64,000 bases of DNA from contig NC_043021.1 in assembly GCF_006345805.1 (NCBI RefSeq), forward strand, positions 124,001 to 188,000. The letters are read 5' to 3'. Of this stretch, positions 27,444 through 39,825 are shown piece after piece. This DNA comes from Octopus sinensis (lineage: Eukaryota). The position numbers were made by a program, and so were the translations under genes. Within the stretch, counting starts at the first letter, position 1; each line of letters opens with the position of its first letter. The notes beneath the pieces were generated by a model. It was given only the letters and a program-made list of their open reading frames with translations, had not been told where the DNA came from and did no database searches.

Positions 27444-27624
27444 AATAATCGAATATAAAGGAGAGAAACTGAGAAAAAATAGGAAGAAAATAGGTAGAAA
27501 TATGGCTGCTGTTCTTCCACACTCCCAGTAAATCGAACATAAATTTAACAAATGCAAAAATAAAAAATATTGATTTTAAGTTTTGACACAATGCCAACAA
27601 TGCTGGAGGAGGGAGTAAGTCTTT

Positions 27625-27762
27625 TACATCGCCCCCAGTATTCAACAGGTATTTATTTTATCGACCCCGAAAGGATGAAAAGGCTTAGTTGACATCGGTG
27701 TATTATGAACTCAAAGCGTAACGATGGACTAAATGCCGCTAAGCATTTTGCTCGGCGCCTTA
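27625..27762 (-). mobile_element. SINE family A partial
   Basis: Core tcgaccccgaaaggatgaaa plus a head remnant. Confidence 0.7.
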
Positions 27763-28041
27763 AAGAATATAAGTATTGAGATGCACAAAACGTTTCGAAA
27801 TGGAATCTTCCAAAGAAATTTAACGAAGATAGTTTGGATACAGTTTGAAATATAACAGCTCAATGTAATTCTATGAATGTATATATGCATACAGGCATGT
27901 ATGTATGTACGTACATACATACATACATACATACATACATACGTACATACATACATACATACATACATACATACATACACACACATACATACATACATAC
28001 ATACATAAACAAATAAATAAATACATACATACATACATACA

Positions 28042-28075
<34 letters not shown>

Positions 28076-29162
28076 CATACATACACACATACATACATAC
28101 AAACAAACAAACAAAAATAGCCTGTTGTTGATGTTGAAATTCCAGTGAAGGAGCCATGGATATAGGTGAGAGACAGGTTCTTTATTGGCAACCTTGAATT
28201 AAGTGAACAAACATACATACATATATACATACATACACACATACATACAAACAAACAAACATATATACGTACATACATACATACATACATACATACATAC
28301 ATACATACATACATACATACATACATACATACATTGTTGATGGATTCGTATTTATAATTTCTGGGAAAATTCTTAAATAAGGCTTGGTGTTATTAAGCGC
28401 CGTCAGACTTTGAAAGGTGGGAAGGAGCGGGCTCAGTGGAATGGAATTGCAACTTCTCAGAACCAGTTCTGATTCATGATTCTCTGGAGAATGTGAACTG
28501 TTGAATGGAAGAGTTTCGGTAACCAATCTTTTACGCCTAATCTCGTAAAGAAAATTCCAACTGGACCAAACTGAGACCAAGGTAATTCTCAGCCAATTTT
28601 TGGTGCTAATCTGGCACAAACCACTGCGAAATGTACCAAGGTTTCTGACGGTCATATTAATAACATCTATTCGCAACTTATAATTAAATCATTTATAATT
28701 TATACTTTTGTTGTGATGAATTGCTTTTATTTAAAACAAATAGCAAAATTATTTTTAATATATTGTTTTAGTTAAAGAAATTATTTCTTTTATTTTTTAA
28801 TTGTTTTACTAAATTACTTCAATTTCATGAGGAAATTATTTTTTTAATTATATTTTCTCAATAAAAATTGCAATTTTACTGTCCTCTCTTCTTGGCATTT
28901 TGACTTTCGACACCGAGTCTGTCCAAGACATCAGACATATTAAAACTTGAAATAGAAAACTGAGAAATGCTAATAAAATACATAGACGAGTGCACATACA
29001 CACACATACACACACACATATGCTCAAAATTATATAAATACACACACAAGCATACACACACACACACACGCACATACACACAAGTACACATACACACATA
29101 ATACCCATATGCATTTACATATAAACACATACATACATACATGCACAAGTATTATTTTTTAT

Positions 29163-29350
29163 TTTTGAGCTGCTTCAGTTATTTGACTGTGGCCATGCTG
29201 GGGCACCATCTTGAAGGATTTTAGTCGAACAAATCTAGCACAGGACTTATTTTTTAAGTGTAGTATTTGTCGAGCCGCTAAGTTAAGGGGACCTAACCAC
29301 ACCAGCACTGGTTGTCAAACGGTGGTAGGGGCCTCAAAGAAAGACACGAA
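29163..29350 (-). mobile_element. SINE family B 3' part
   Basis: gactgtggccatgctggggcacc..ccgctaagtta..ggttgtcaa. Confidence 0.75.
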
Positions 29351-29415
29351 GACACACACACATTGACATATATACATATATAAATATATATATGTATATA
29401 TACATCTATATAATA

Positions 29416-29450
<35 letters not shown>

Positions 29451-29660
29451 GTGAAATAGAAAGATAATAATCTTGTTTGTAGTAGATTAATCAAAAGTTT
29501 AACCGATACCTTAGTAGCAAAAATCACAGCAGTGAACAGCACGGTTGGAGGTACAACCATCTGGCGTTGCAACCGTGCGTTGGTGCGGATAATTGAAATT
29601 AAAACATTATTGGTGAATGGAGAAATGGAGCTGAACGCAGATTGAACAGAAATCGTTTTA

Positions 29661-29748
29661 TTTCATTCTACACGTGTTTCGAAAGGCACAAATTACCAAA
29701 ATCCGATTGAATAATGGGACCATATGTGTCTTTCTCTTCAGGAAGAAA
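29661..29748 (-). ncRNA. Hammerhead ribozyme (left arm)
   Basis: Mirror copy of 32318-32408. Confidence 0.75.
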
Positions 29749-30352
29749 AAAGGAAATCCGTTGGAAAAACAAAAACAGAACAGAGGCAGAGCAAAAAACA
29801 AATCGAACTGTGCTCCTAAGAGCCCATGGCGAAACTGTTTATCAGTGTATGTTGAGACCGGTGGCTGAAGAATTCAACAGGTCAGGCATCGGTCAATCAT
29901 GTGGGTGAGGGTGTATAGATGTTCTTTGTGACCGAGAATAAAGTTCTGACTATTTAAAGAATATTGGATGTTTTATAAGGGGCGAGAAAAATCTACTTAG
30001 AGACGTGTGTGTGTGTATACTGTTCTATATATGTGGTGTTGGCGTAGGGGTAGAAAACATTTTTGTGTACGTGTGTGCGTTTGATCGTTCGGCTGTCAGT
30101 GGCTACTGCCGTGATAACCGTTGGGTGGCAGAAAGAAAAAAATAAAGAAATTATATATATATATTATGTTTTAGTGTGTGTGTGTGTGTTTTCATCTAAG
30201 CCTGCCTTGACAAGGAAACCCCCCGCTGTGAAAAAACAAGCCCCGTTTGTCTTACAGGAGTAATTTCCCTTGCAGTGGTTAATGTAGATATCTTAAAAGC
30301 TATTTCAGAATTTGTTACCAAGGGCTATGGGTGCCGGTCTTATTTATAAACG

Positions 30353-30838
30353 CTATTTAAAGGCCAGATAAGTGTAACGCCGCCAATGGGGGCATCGAAA
30401 AGCCGACTGTAAGAGCCCGTTTACCATCCGGCCTCTGGCAAACAAAATATGGAAGAGTTCGGAGACACAAAGGTTGCACTGTCTTCTGCCCCTATCAAAT
30501 GGGAGGGCCACCGACAAAATTGACCATTCCAGCCTATAGCTTAAGTTCGCATCCTTCAGTCGCCATATTAGCTTACTGAGTCCGTGGTCTGGCGCTTGTT
30601 CACGTCCCGAAAAGTTGCGTAATGGTTGGAGACACGCAAAGAATCTTGAGGATGATGCCCCTATATAAGTGAAGGCATCTGAGTCCGTGTAAACCTTGCA
30701 TTGGTAGACGGCGTTTTTGATCTTGGAGTTCGCCGACGTGAATCTTACTCTGCTAGGATGGGTTTCTGAAATTAGAACTGCGTTCCTGTCACTATATTCG
30801 TTCCGAGACCTGCAGCCGCTTACTACTCTATTTTCCAC
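30353..30838 (-). pseudogene. Penelope GIY-YIG endonuclease domain (left arm, frameshifted)
   Basis: ORF-track 161 aa with VY..YIG and the CxxC motif. Confidence 0.85.
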
Positions 30839-32317
30839 TACGTCACTATTAACTATAGGAATAACCCCTGATTCTCCACTATCTATCAGAGTGCTGTCAT
30901 TGCTACTGCCCGTGGTACTGCTATTGCGGGAAATGATGCGGGATGCTAAAGGGGCTCTCTACCTACTCCCATTGTTACCATCAACACAACTCCCCTATTT
31001 TAAACTATACCCCTAGTGGGTACTCTCAGCTCCAGCCAGGGAGTACCCACTAGGGGTATAGTTATAAATAGGGGTGTTGTGGTTGATGGTAACAATGGGA
31101 GTAGGGTAGAGAGCCCCTTAGCATCCCCAGCATCATTTCCCGCAATAGCAGTACCACGGGCAGTAGCAATGACAGCACTCTGATAGATAGTGGAGAATCA
31201 GGGGTTATTCCTATAGTTAATAGTGACGTAGTGGAAAATAGAGTAGTAAGCGGCTGCAGGTCTCGGAACGAATATAGTGACAGGAACGCAGTTCTAATTT
31301 CAGAAACCAATCCTAGCAGAGTAGATTCACGTCGGCGAACTCCAAGATCAAAAACGCCGTCTACCAATGCAAGGTTTACACGGACTCAGATGCCTTCACT
31401 TATATAGGGGCATCATCCTCAAGATTGTCTTTGCGTGTCTCCAACCATTACGCAACTTTTCGGGACGTGAACAAGCGCCAGACCACGGGACTCAAAGCTA
31501 ATATGGCGACTGAAGGATGCGAACTTAAGCTATAGGCTGGAATGGTCAATTTTGTCGGTGGCCCTCCCATTTGATAGGGGCAGAAGACAGTGCAACCTTT
31601 GTGTCTCCGAACTCTTCCATATTGTTTGCCAGAGGCCGGATGGTAAACGGGCTCTTACATTCGGCTTTTCGATGCCCCCATTGGCGGCGTTACACTTATC
31701 TGGCCTTTAAATAGCGTTTATAAATAAGACCGGCACCCATAGCCCTTGGTAACAAATTCTGAAATAGCTTTTAAGATATCTACAATAACCACTGCAAGGG
31801 AAAATACTCCTGTAAGACAAACGGGGCTGTTTTTTTTCACAGCGGGGGTTTCCTTGTCAAGGCAGGCTTAGATGAAAACACACACACACACACATAAAAC
31901 ATAATATATATATAATTTCTTTATTTTTTTCTTTCTGCCACCCAACGGTTATCACGGCAGTAGCCACTGACAGCCGAACGATCAAACGCACACACGTACA
32001 CAAAAAATGTTTTCTACCCCTACGGCAACACACACATATATAGAACAGTATACACACACACACGTCTCTAAGTAGATTTTTTCTCGCCCCTTATAAAACA
32101 TCCAATATTCTTTAAATAGTCAGAACTTTATTCTCGGTCACAAAGAACATCTATACACCCTCACCCACATGATTGACCGATGCCTGACCTGTTGAATTCT
32201 TCAGCCACCGGTTCCAACATACACTGATAAACAGTTTCGCCATGGGCTCTTAGGAGCACAGTTCGATTTGTTTTTGCTCTGCCTCTGTTCTGTTTTGTTT
32301 TTCCAACGGATTCTCCT

Positions 32318-32408
32318 TTTCTTCCTGAAGAGAAAGACACAAATATGGTTCCCATTATTCAATCGGATTTTGGTAATTTGTGCCTTTCGAAACACGTGTA
32401 GAATGAAA
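32318..32408 (+). ncRNA. Type I hammerhead ribozyme with long stem II (right arm)
   Basis: uuucuuc CUGAAGA GAAAGacacaaau..auuugugcCUUUC GAAA CACGUG UA gaaugaaa. Palindromic stem III, GUA site. Confidence 0.78.
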
Positions 32409-32550
32409 TAAAACGATTTCTGTTCAATCTGCGTTCAGCTCCATTTCTTCAATTCACCAATAATGTTTTATATATATATATATATATAATATAATATATA
32501 TATATATATATACATATAAATATACATATATATATATACATATACATATA

Positions 32551-33835
32551 TCTGCACCTCCAGCAATATTATCTATTGCATCTCTTGCTCTCTCTGCAAT
32601 TCCTTGTACATCGGACAAACGGGACGCCGCTTGGCTGACCGGTTCGCGGAACACCTTCGTGACATCCACCTTGCGAACGACACACGGTCTCACGCATTTC
32701 CGCTCCACCGGTCACTCCTTGCAACACCTATCTGTGTTCGGTTGTCCTTACACAGAGGCCATCCGGATTCCCGTTTGCGCCGTGAACAGGAATTAATCTT
32801 CTCTCTTCGCTCTTATACGCCATTTGGTCTCAACTCTCCCCCCCTCCTCATCTAACCCCCCTATCCCCCTCCTCACCTATCCTTTCTCCCCCCGACCGAC
32901 CCTTACTTCTTCAGTCCTTCATCCTTTCACCCCTACTCCCCTTCCCTTCTTCCCTCTTTCTCCCTCTCTTCCCCTTCCCTCTGCTCCCTCACTCCCTCTC
33001 TCCCCTCTCTCTCTCCCTCTCCCTCTTTCCTCCTTCATCCCCCTCATCCCCTTCCTTCCCCCCATCTCTCTCCCCCTCTTCCCCCTTTCCTCCCCCTCTT
33101 CTTCCCCTCCCCTTCTCTCCCCCTCTTCTCCCCCTCCCCCTCTTCTCCTCACTACACCACATGACTTTACACATCACATCACATATGATGTGCCATACTA
33201 ATACACACACCAACTAATACATACTAATACGTACTAATACATACTAGTACATACTAATACTTACACCAACCCTATACATACACACGTCCAGACCCCGCAT
33301 ACGCACTTATACTCTCTCACACACACACACACACACCTATACATACCAATACGTACTAATACATACTAATACATACTAATACATACACCAACCCCATACA
33401 TACGCACGTCCAGACCAATCTTACGCACTAATACTCTCTCATACACACACACACACACACACACACCCTTATACATACTAATACAATACCCAACCCTATA
33501 CATACACACATCCAGACCCCTCCCACACACTTTTAGCTGGTCCCTCAACCCTTTTATCAACCCTATTATCTCCCCTTATTTCGCTCTCGCGTCTCATGTT
33601 TGATCTTTGACCTCTGGCCGAAATCAGATCGCCATGTTGATTCGTTAGCTACTGCACGCATTTTTTTCTCTCCTTTCTGTGTTTTTCTCTCTCTGTGTAT
33701 CTTTCTGTTGAAGAGCGTAGGCTCGAAACGTTAAAGACTTGTTTATTTATATTTCCTGAGCGCCATACTAATACAATTGTTCGTTTGTTTTCCACCTGCC
33801 TTCGTCTATTGTTTATTTTCATAAAGCTTCCGTTA
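32551..33835 (+). mobile_element. Second Penelope-like 3' fragment (GIY-YIG, C-rich tract, pLTR)
   Basis: CTSSNIIYCISCSLCNSLYIGQTGRRLADRFAEHLRDI..REQELIFSLRSYTPFGLN. Flanked by (TA)n. Confidence 0.92.
33700..33737 (+). ncRNA. Minimal hammerhead motif (CUGUUGA core variant)
   Basis: ucuuu CUGUUGA a GAGC guag GCUC GAAA CGU U aaaga. Confidence 0.65.
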
Positions 33836-33865
33836 TATATATATATAATATATATATAGATATAT

Positions 33866-33905
<40 letters not shown>

Positions 33906-34034
33906 CTTAATATATATACATACACACACGCATATATATATTACATACATATATGTACATAATTATATATATATGTATACATATATGTACATAAATGAAT
34001 ATATATATTATATATATATATATATATATATTAT

Positions 34035-34185
34035 AACGGGTTTCTCTCAGTTTCCGTCTATGAAATCCACTCTTGACCCAAGGTCATTGTAGAAGACTCT
34101 TGCGCAAGCTGCCATGCAGTAGGACTGAACCCGGAACCATGTGGTTGGGAAGCAAACTGCTTACTACACGGCCACACCTCTGCCT
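34035..34185 (-). mobile_element. SINE family B 5' part
   Basis: ggactgaacccggaaccatgtggttgggaagc. Confidence 0.8.
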
Positions 34186-34749
34186 GTATATATATATATA
34201 TTTGTATAATATCGTTCAATTTCTGTCAAACTTGAGTTCTTTTTAAATGTAGTTTGATACAAATGTGCCATCTTTCGTTACTTCTCTTCATTTATCACAA
34301 ACTGTTGCCATAGCAGTTGTCTTTTAATAAAGTTGCCTTTATTATTCGTCCTGTTAATTGTAGCCGACTTACCAGTATCAAGTCCAATGTTTTAATCAAA
34401 GTTGACACCAAAATTCGTTTTGATGTTGACATCAATGCCGTTGCCATGATCATCAGTATTATTATCATCATCATCATCATCATCATCATTAGTTAAGTCG
34501 GCAGTGCTTTGCGGTATTTCTTCCGTCTTTATGTTCTGAGTTCAAATTCCGCCGAGGTCGACTTAGTATTTCATCTTTTCGGAGTCGCTGGGGTCGATGC
34601 AATTGGTTTTCCACCTACCCCAGAAATGCTGGCCTACTGTTAAAATTCGAAACCATCTATGTATTAATTTGTTTAGATAGAAATGCATTACGCTGTCACG
34701 TGACTAGATGACGGGAAGGTGGAGAGCAAGAGAGAAAAAGGCAATAAAT

Positions 34750-34802
<53 letters not shown>

Positions 34803-34914
34803 GAAACGGGAGTGATATAAAGAAAGGGAGCTAGAAATACCATGTTTAGCAGGAGTGTGATGTTCTGGTGGTAAGATCAGAGAGAGAGAGAGAGAGAAGA
34901 ATAGAGGCATTATT

Positions 34915-35202
34915 CTTTTCTTCTCTAGGCAGAAGGCCCGAAATTTTGGGGGAGGAGGCCAATCTATTAGATCGATCCCAGTACGCAACTGGTGCTTATT
35001 TTAACGGTCCCGAAAGGATGAAATTGAGCTATTTCTTTACTACCCACAAGGGGCTACACACACTGGTACTTATTTAATCGACCCCGAAAAGATGAAAGGC
35101 AAAGTCGACCTCGGCAGAATTTGAACTCAGAACATAGCGGCAGACGAAATACCGCTAGGCATTTCGCCCGGCGTGCTAACGTTTCCGCCATCTCGCCGCC
35201 TT
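34915..35202 (-). mobile_element. SINE family A, composite form with internal deletions
   Basis: Two cores. Degenerate TSD gagg(c)(a/g)ttatt. Confidence 0.85.
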
Positions 35203-35650
35203 GGAGTTGAGGCGTTATTGCCAGGCGATGCATTAAGCTGTCAAGCGTTTAGCGGAAGTGAGAGTTGAAGAAAAGGAAGAGAGAAATTATAACGACGTGA
35301 AATGGGAAATGATAGGGTTAAAAAGTTTGTTGAAGTAAGAAGTAGAGAGAGAAAAAGAGAGGTAGGGAGAAAAAGAGAGGGAGGGAGAAAGAGAGAAATT
35401 TTAAACATCATATCTTATTGTGATTGACAAGAAAATAACATTTTAATATTCAATTTCTTCCATCTTCTATCTATTGGTCTATTTATCTCCCGATCCACAT
35501 TAACAAGCGCATCGATGGCTGGGGAGAAGAAGGAATAATGATTATGATAAACTTGTCATAGATAGAAAGGCTTTTTAATGAAAGTTTAATAACTTAGCAG
35601 AATAGCAGTAGATATTATCATCATCATCATTATTACTATTATTATTATTA

Positions 35651-35687
<37 letters not shown>

Positions 35688-36182
35688 TGAACTTTGTATT
35701 GACAGCAAGAAAAGTAGATACAAACAAACAACAGAAGTGAACTGAAATCATATAATCTTGGTTGGCAAACGACTTCGACTAAGCTTTCTTACTGAAAACT
35801 ATAATGATGGTGATGGTCGCAGTAGTGGTGGTCACGGTGGTGAATGGAAAGTGAAATGTGTAGTTTCTTTTATATCACCCATCACTTAACGCATGCGTAT
35901 GAGTGCAATTATCGTTTGCTCACTTGAAAATAGATATTTGTTTATAAAATATGGATGACAGACGATGAGAGCTAACAAGAGAAAGAATGAGACGGTGCAG
36001 GCAACGGCAAACAGAGAAAGAGAAAGAGAGAGTCGAATCGGTAGAAGAAGCAGAGGAGCATCGTCGTGTTGAAGGGAAAATATGATGCAAAGAGTATCGA
36101 GTATTTGCAACAGATAAAGGAACTTGTTCAAGATAGAATATAAAATGACATTAAGAGGGAACGTAAAAAAAAAATTAACATA

Positions 36183-36396
36183 TGTGGTCTGATCAATAAG
36201 TATCCGGACTGTTGGTATAGTAACGAAGCTAAAGCACACAGAGTGAAGCCGCTTGGCACACATTGACCTGGAACTCAGTTCTGCATGCGCACTAGGTTTT
36301 AACATTCTAGCTCACATCTGCTATCTACAGCTGTGCATGGAAGGAAGGTGTGTAGCGTGTATGGCAACAGTCCGGATACTTATTGATCAGACCTCT
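36183..36396. mobile_element. Mariner-type MITE (~214 bp)
   Basis: 29-bp perfect TIR core ggtctgatcaataagtatccggactgttg, with TA at both ends. Confidence 0.9.
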
Positions 36397-36404
36397 TATG
36401 GCAA

Positions 36405-36675
36405 AACTTGTTGGCACGCGCGGGCGAAATGCTGACCGGTATTTCGTCTGTCGCTACGTTCTGATTTCAAATTCTGTCGAACCCGACTTTGACCTTTATC
36501 CTTTCGGGGGTCGATAAATTAAGTACCAGTGAAATACTGGAGTCGATGTAATCGACTATACCCCTCCCTAAATTTCATCCTTTCGGAGTCGATGAAATAA
36601 GTACCAGTTGAACACTGGGGTCGATCTAATCGACTTACCCGAAATTGCTGGCGTTGTGGCAAACTTTGAAGCCAT
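36405..36675 (+). mobile_element. SINE family A with duplicated core
   Basis: Two tcctttcgg(g/a)gtcgat cores. Confidence 0.8.
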
Positions 36676-36729
36676 TAATATTATTATTATTAGCAGTAGT
36701 AGTAGTAGTATGTAATGATCATTATTCTT

Positions 36730-37100
36730 CAAGCAGCCGCAACCAAGGGTGTACACAGCACTACATAAAAAGACATGAATCACCAGGAGATTGTACTTAG
36801 AAAGTCCCACCACCGCATGTGGTGTAAGTCCGGGCAATGTTGCTTCAGGAAGACCAGCAGTCACCCATACCTACCCCCTCCCCTCTCCACGACACCGGTG
36901 TCATCCAAGGGAAAAGAAAAGGGGCCGATACAGCTTGGCACCAGTGACGTCGTAAGTCATTTCTACAACTGAGAGAACTGGAGCAAAGTGGAATTAAGTG
37001 TTTTGCTCAAGAGTTCGACACAATCCGGTCCGAGGAATCGAACTCACTACCACATGATTGTGAGCCCGACGCTCTAACTACTGAGCCATGCGCCTTCACT
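36730..37100 (-). mobile_element. tRNA-derived SINE (family D)
   Basis: Head ggcgcaTGGCTCAGTAGTTAGAG..GAGTTCGATTCC, then ttgagcaaaacacttaa. Confidence 0.8.
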
Positions 37101-37509
37101 ATAGGACTACTAATATTAGTGTCTATATACGAGGCGAAATCATAAATCATTTCTAACTGCGAATGTATCTACTTGCAGAATGCCAGCTGCAAATAACGCA
37201 GCCAGCATTCGGGACCTGTCACACCTTCATCTCCAATTTTATATACTCTCATATTTATAGGTGTATATATAAATAAAGTATCACTGCCACTATTTTAGAG
37301 AGGATAGTGGGGCGGAGGGGTACCTCGTTTAGTCACGAAAATAATATCTAGAATCATGCATTCAATTTGAAAATAACTTTTTATCAGTTAAAACGATCGT
37401 AATGTAGTCTGAAGTATAACTGCATACATTCAGACACACAGACTTATCTATATATGCATATATATACTTAGATTTATAGATGTTGATGTATACACACACA
37501 TACATTAAA

Positions 37510-37544
<35 letters not shown>

Positions 37545-37622
37545 AAGACATAGATGTGTATATGTATGTCGATAGCAATATATATATAAACATAATCTAA
37601 TAAACACACACACACACACGCG

Positions 37623-37685
<63 letters not shown>

Positions 37686-37719
37686 TATATATACATCTAT
37701 ATATATATATAAAGTAAAT

Positions 37720-37989
37720 TCTTTAACACATATTTAATGATCGTTACAATTGTTTCTATAGCAACTCTATTTCGAAGTGAAAATTCAGGTAACGTTTCGT
37801 GGTGTTAGACCTTAGTGAGACACAGTGCGACAGCACACCTTACATGCAAGTCTACTGAAGTGACTCTCTATTGTCTAAAACCGCAAAAGGTTACGTAAAT
37901 TTTCACTTCGAATTTTTGCGTAAACCGGCGTTTCAAATAGAATTGGCAGAGAAACAATTGTAAAGAATCGTTAAAGATGTTTTTAAAGA
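37720..37989. repeat. Degenerate ~270-bp foldback element
   Basis: Paired blocks ttacaattgtttct/agaaacaattgtaa and ttcgaagtgaaaatt/aattttcacttcgaa. Confidence 0.7.
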
Positions 37990-38179
37990 TGTTTTGTCTT
38001 TGTCTTCTTATCATTTGGAATATTTACTGTTTGCTAAACCCGTTTTGACGTTGTGATCGTCGGGAAATTTAGGCTTTGATTTTATTAAGCATCGCTCATA
38101 TTATCTAACTAATCTTTTAGGTTAAGTCCGGAACAGTACCATTCAGAATCTTCCCTTTTCTCAATACCAGAGTGAAGTG

Positions 38180-38440
38180 AAGGCAGCGAGCTGGTAGAAC
38201 CGTTAGCACGCCGGGCGAAACGCGTAGCCGTATTTTGTCTGTCGTTACGTTCCGAGTTCAAATTCTGCCGAGGTCGACTTTGCCTTTCATCCTTTCAGAA
38301 AAGAAAAGATTGACCGTATTCCGAGGTCACATACGACTAGAATGTCACAGAATCGCAAGACGGATTCTTCAAGCCGAGTCAGCTGACAGGAGACGTGGGA
38401 GCAGACCAAGAACAAGATGGCTGGATGATATTCATAGTCC
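38180..38440 (+). mobile_element. SINE A 5' part joined to an RTE-like LINE 3' remnant
   Basis: SINE to ~38297, then RLTVFRGHI..RILQ..RRRGSRPRTRWLDDI (RTE C-terminal GRPRxRW motif). Confidence 0.7.
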
Positions 38441-38578
38441 CAGTTGGTCACATTCAGCCGGAATTCAGTCGGAAAGTATAAGGACGGTTGCTTCTGACTC
38501 TATACAGAAAATGTCGAAGGACTCCACTTCCACAATCCTTCTGGAAAAGTGGATGGAGAAGATGACTAGATCGATGCG

Positions 38579-38618
<40 letters not shown>

Positions 38619-39758
38619 ATGCCTACATATATGCAAAATAAAAACAAACAAAACATCCTACCCATGTACAAGTAAATCATTCACTCTAAGATCCGTCCAT
38701 TTTCTGTTCCGGGTACTTTAACATGGTATTTCTTAAGGGGCCGGTGAACACCATCAGTGCCGGTGGGAATCGATCCCACTTCCACTTGATAGCTGCTCTC
38801 TAACAATTTAATGATTACTTGTATGTTGTTCACCTATAATTGAAAGCCTCTACCAAAATTTAGTCCCCAACTCCTCTCAGTTTTCTACATTGGTCCCTAA
38901 AGTTGTCTTCATCCATCTTGGGAAGAATTCTGTATTTTATGCAATCTCAGACGAAGACTTCCGACTCTCCCCGTTTTGTTTGTCTTCCACACATTTTCAG
39001 CCCTTATTTCTTCCCCATCTTTGCATGATGATGGAGCGGTAGTAATGGTTGTTGCCTCTAACCGGCACCCTGTTGTCTCCTCGGTGCAATTTCATCAGTA
39101 AACCTCGAATTTACCACAGTTGTTTTAAATTCACTTCCATAGGCTCACTACGGCTGTTGTTGTTTTTTGTTGTTGTTGTTGTTGTTGTTGCTATTGTTGT
39201 TGTTGCTATTGTCGTCAATGGTTTTGTTATAGTCCCACTTCTTTCCTCCATCTTCTCTCCTACAAAAATCTCTCGACGTCTCTCACTCTCCTCACACATG
39301 CAACAACTGAGTTTTTTCTCTCCGGCACCGTTAGTTTTATTGCCTTCCTCCTTCTTTCCGCATCAAAATAAAACTACAGTTGGCCTTATGGTCTTCGAAG
39401 GTTACCAGAACCTGTATGTTTATAGAAACACATTCTGATCGCAACCTGCCTCCTCCCATGCGATACCTGAAATGTAACGATGAGCCAGGGGTTAGGGTCA
39501 TTTGATACTAAGTCCTTTGAGTTTTGTCTCCTCAAACACTGCAGTACCAGCCTGAGGTTAAGGTAATGCTGAGCTGGCTGCTCATATCGCATTTCATCGC
39601 CGTAATAACCAAGCACAGACTTTTGATACGCCCACCAAAAGCGATGGATCACATATTGTTCCACAGATCAGTTAGAATCGCTTTCAACTTTTCCCTCGCT
39701 GTCGTATTGAGACACACCTTTCTTCTCTTTATTCTCCAAGAGCTCATTCACATCCAAC

Positions 39759-39825
<67 letters not shown>

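Larger units (their letters stand above)
29450..32470. mobile_element. Palindromic Penelope-like element: two inverted ~1.43-kb GIY-YIG + pLTR arms (29600-31025 minus; 31041-32470 plus)
   Basis: The centre reads ccctagtgggtactc-tcagctccagccagg-gagtacccactaggg. Each arm encodes AVYQCKV..YIGAS..LIWRLKD..CNLCVSE. (TA)n flanks both ends. Confidence 0.93.

Noticed and set aside
34365-34445. Strong minus-strand GTAAGT donor
   Set aside because: No acceptor and no CNG-like peptide.
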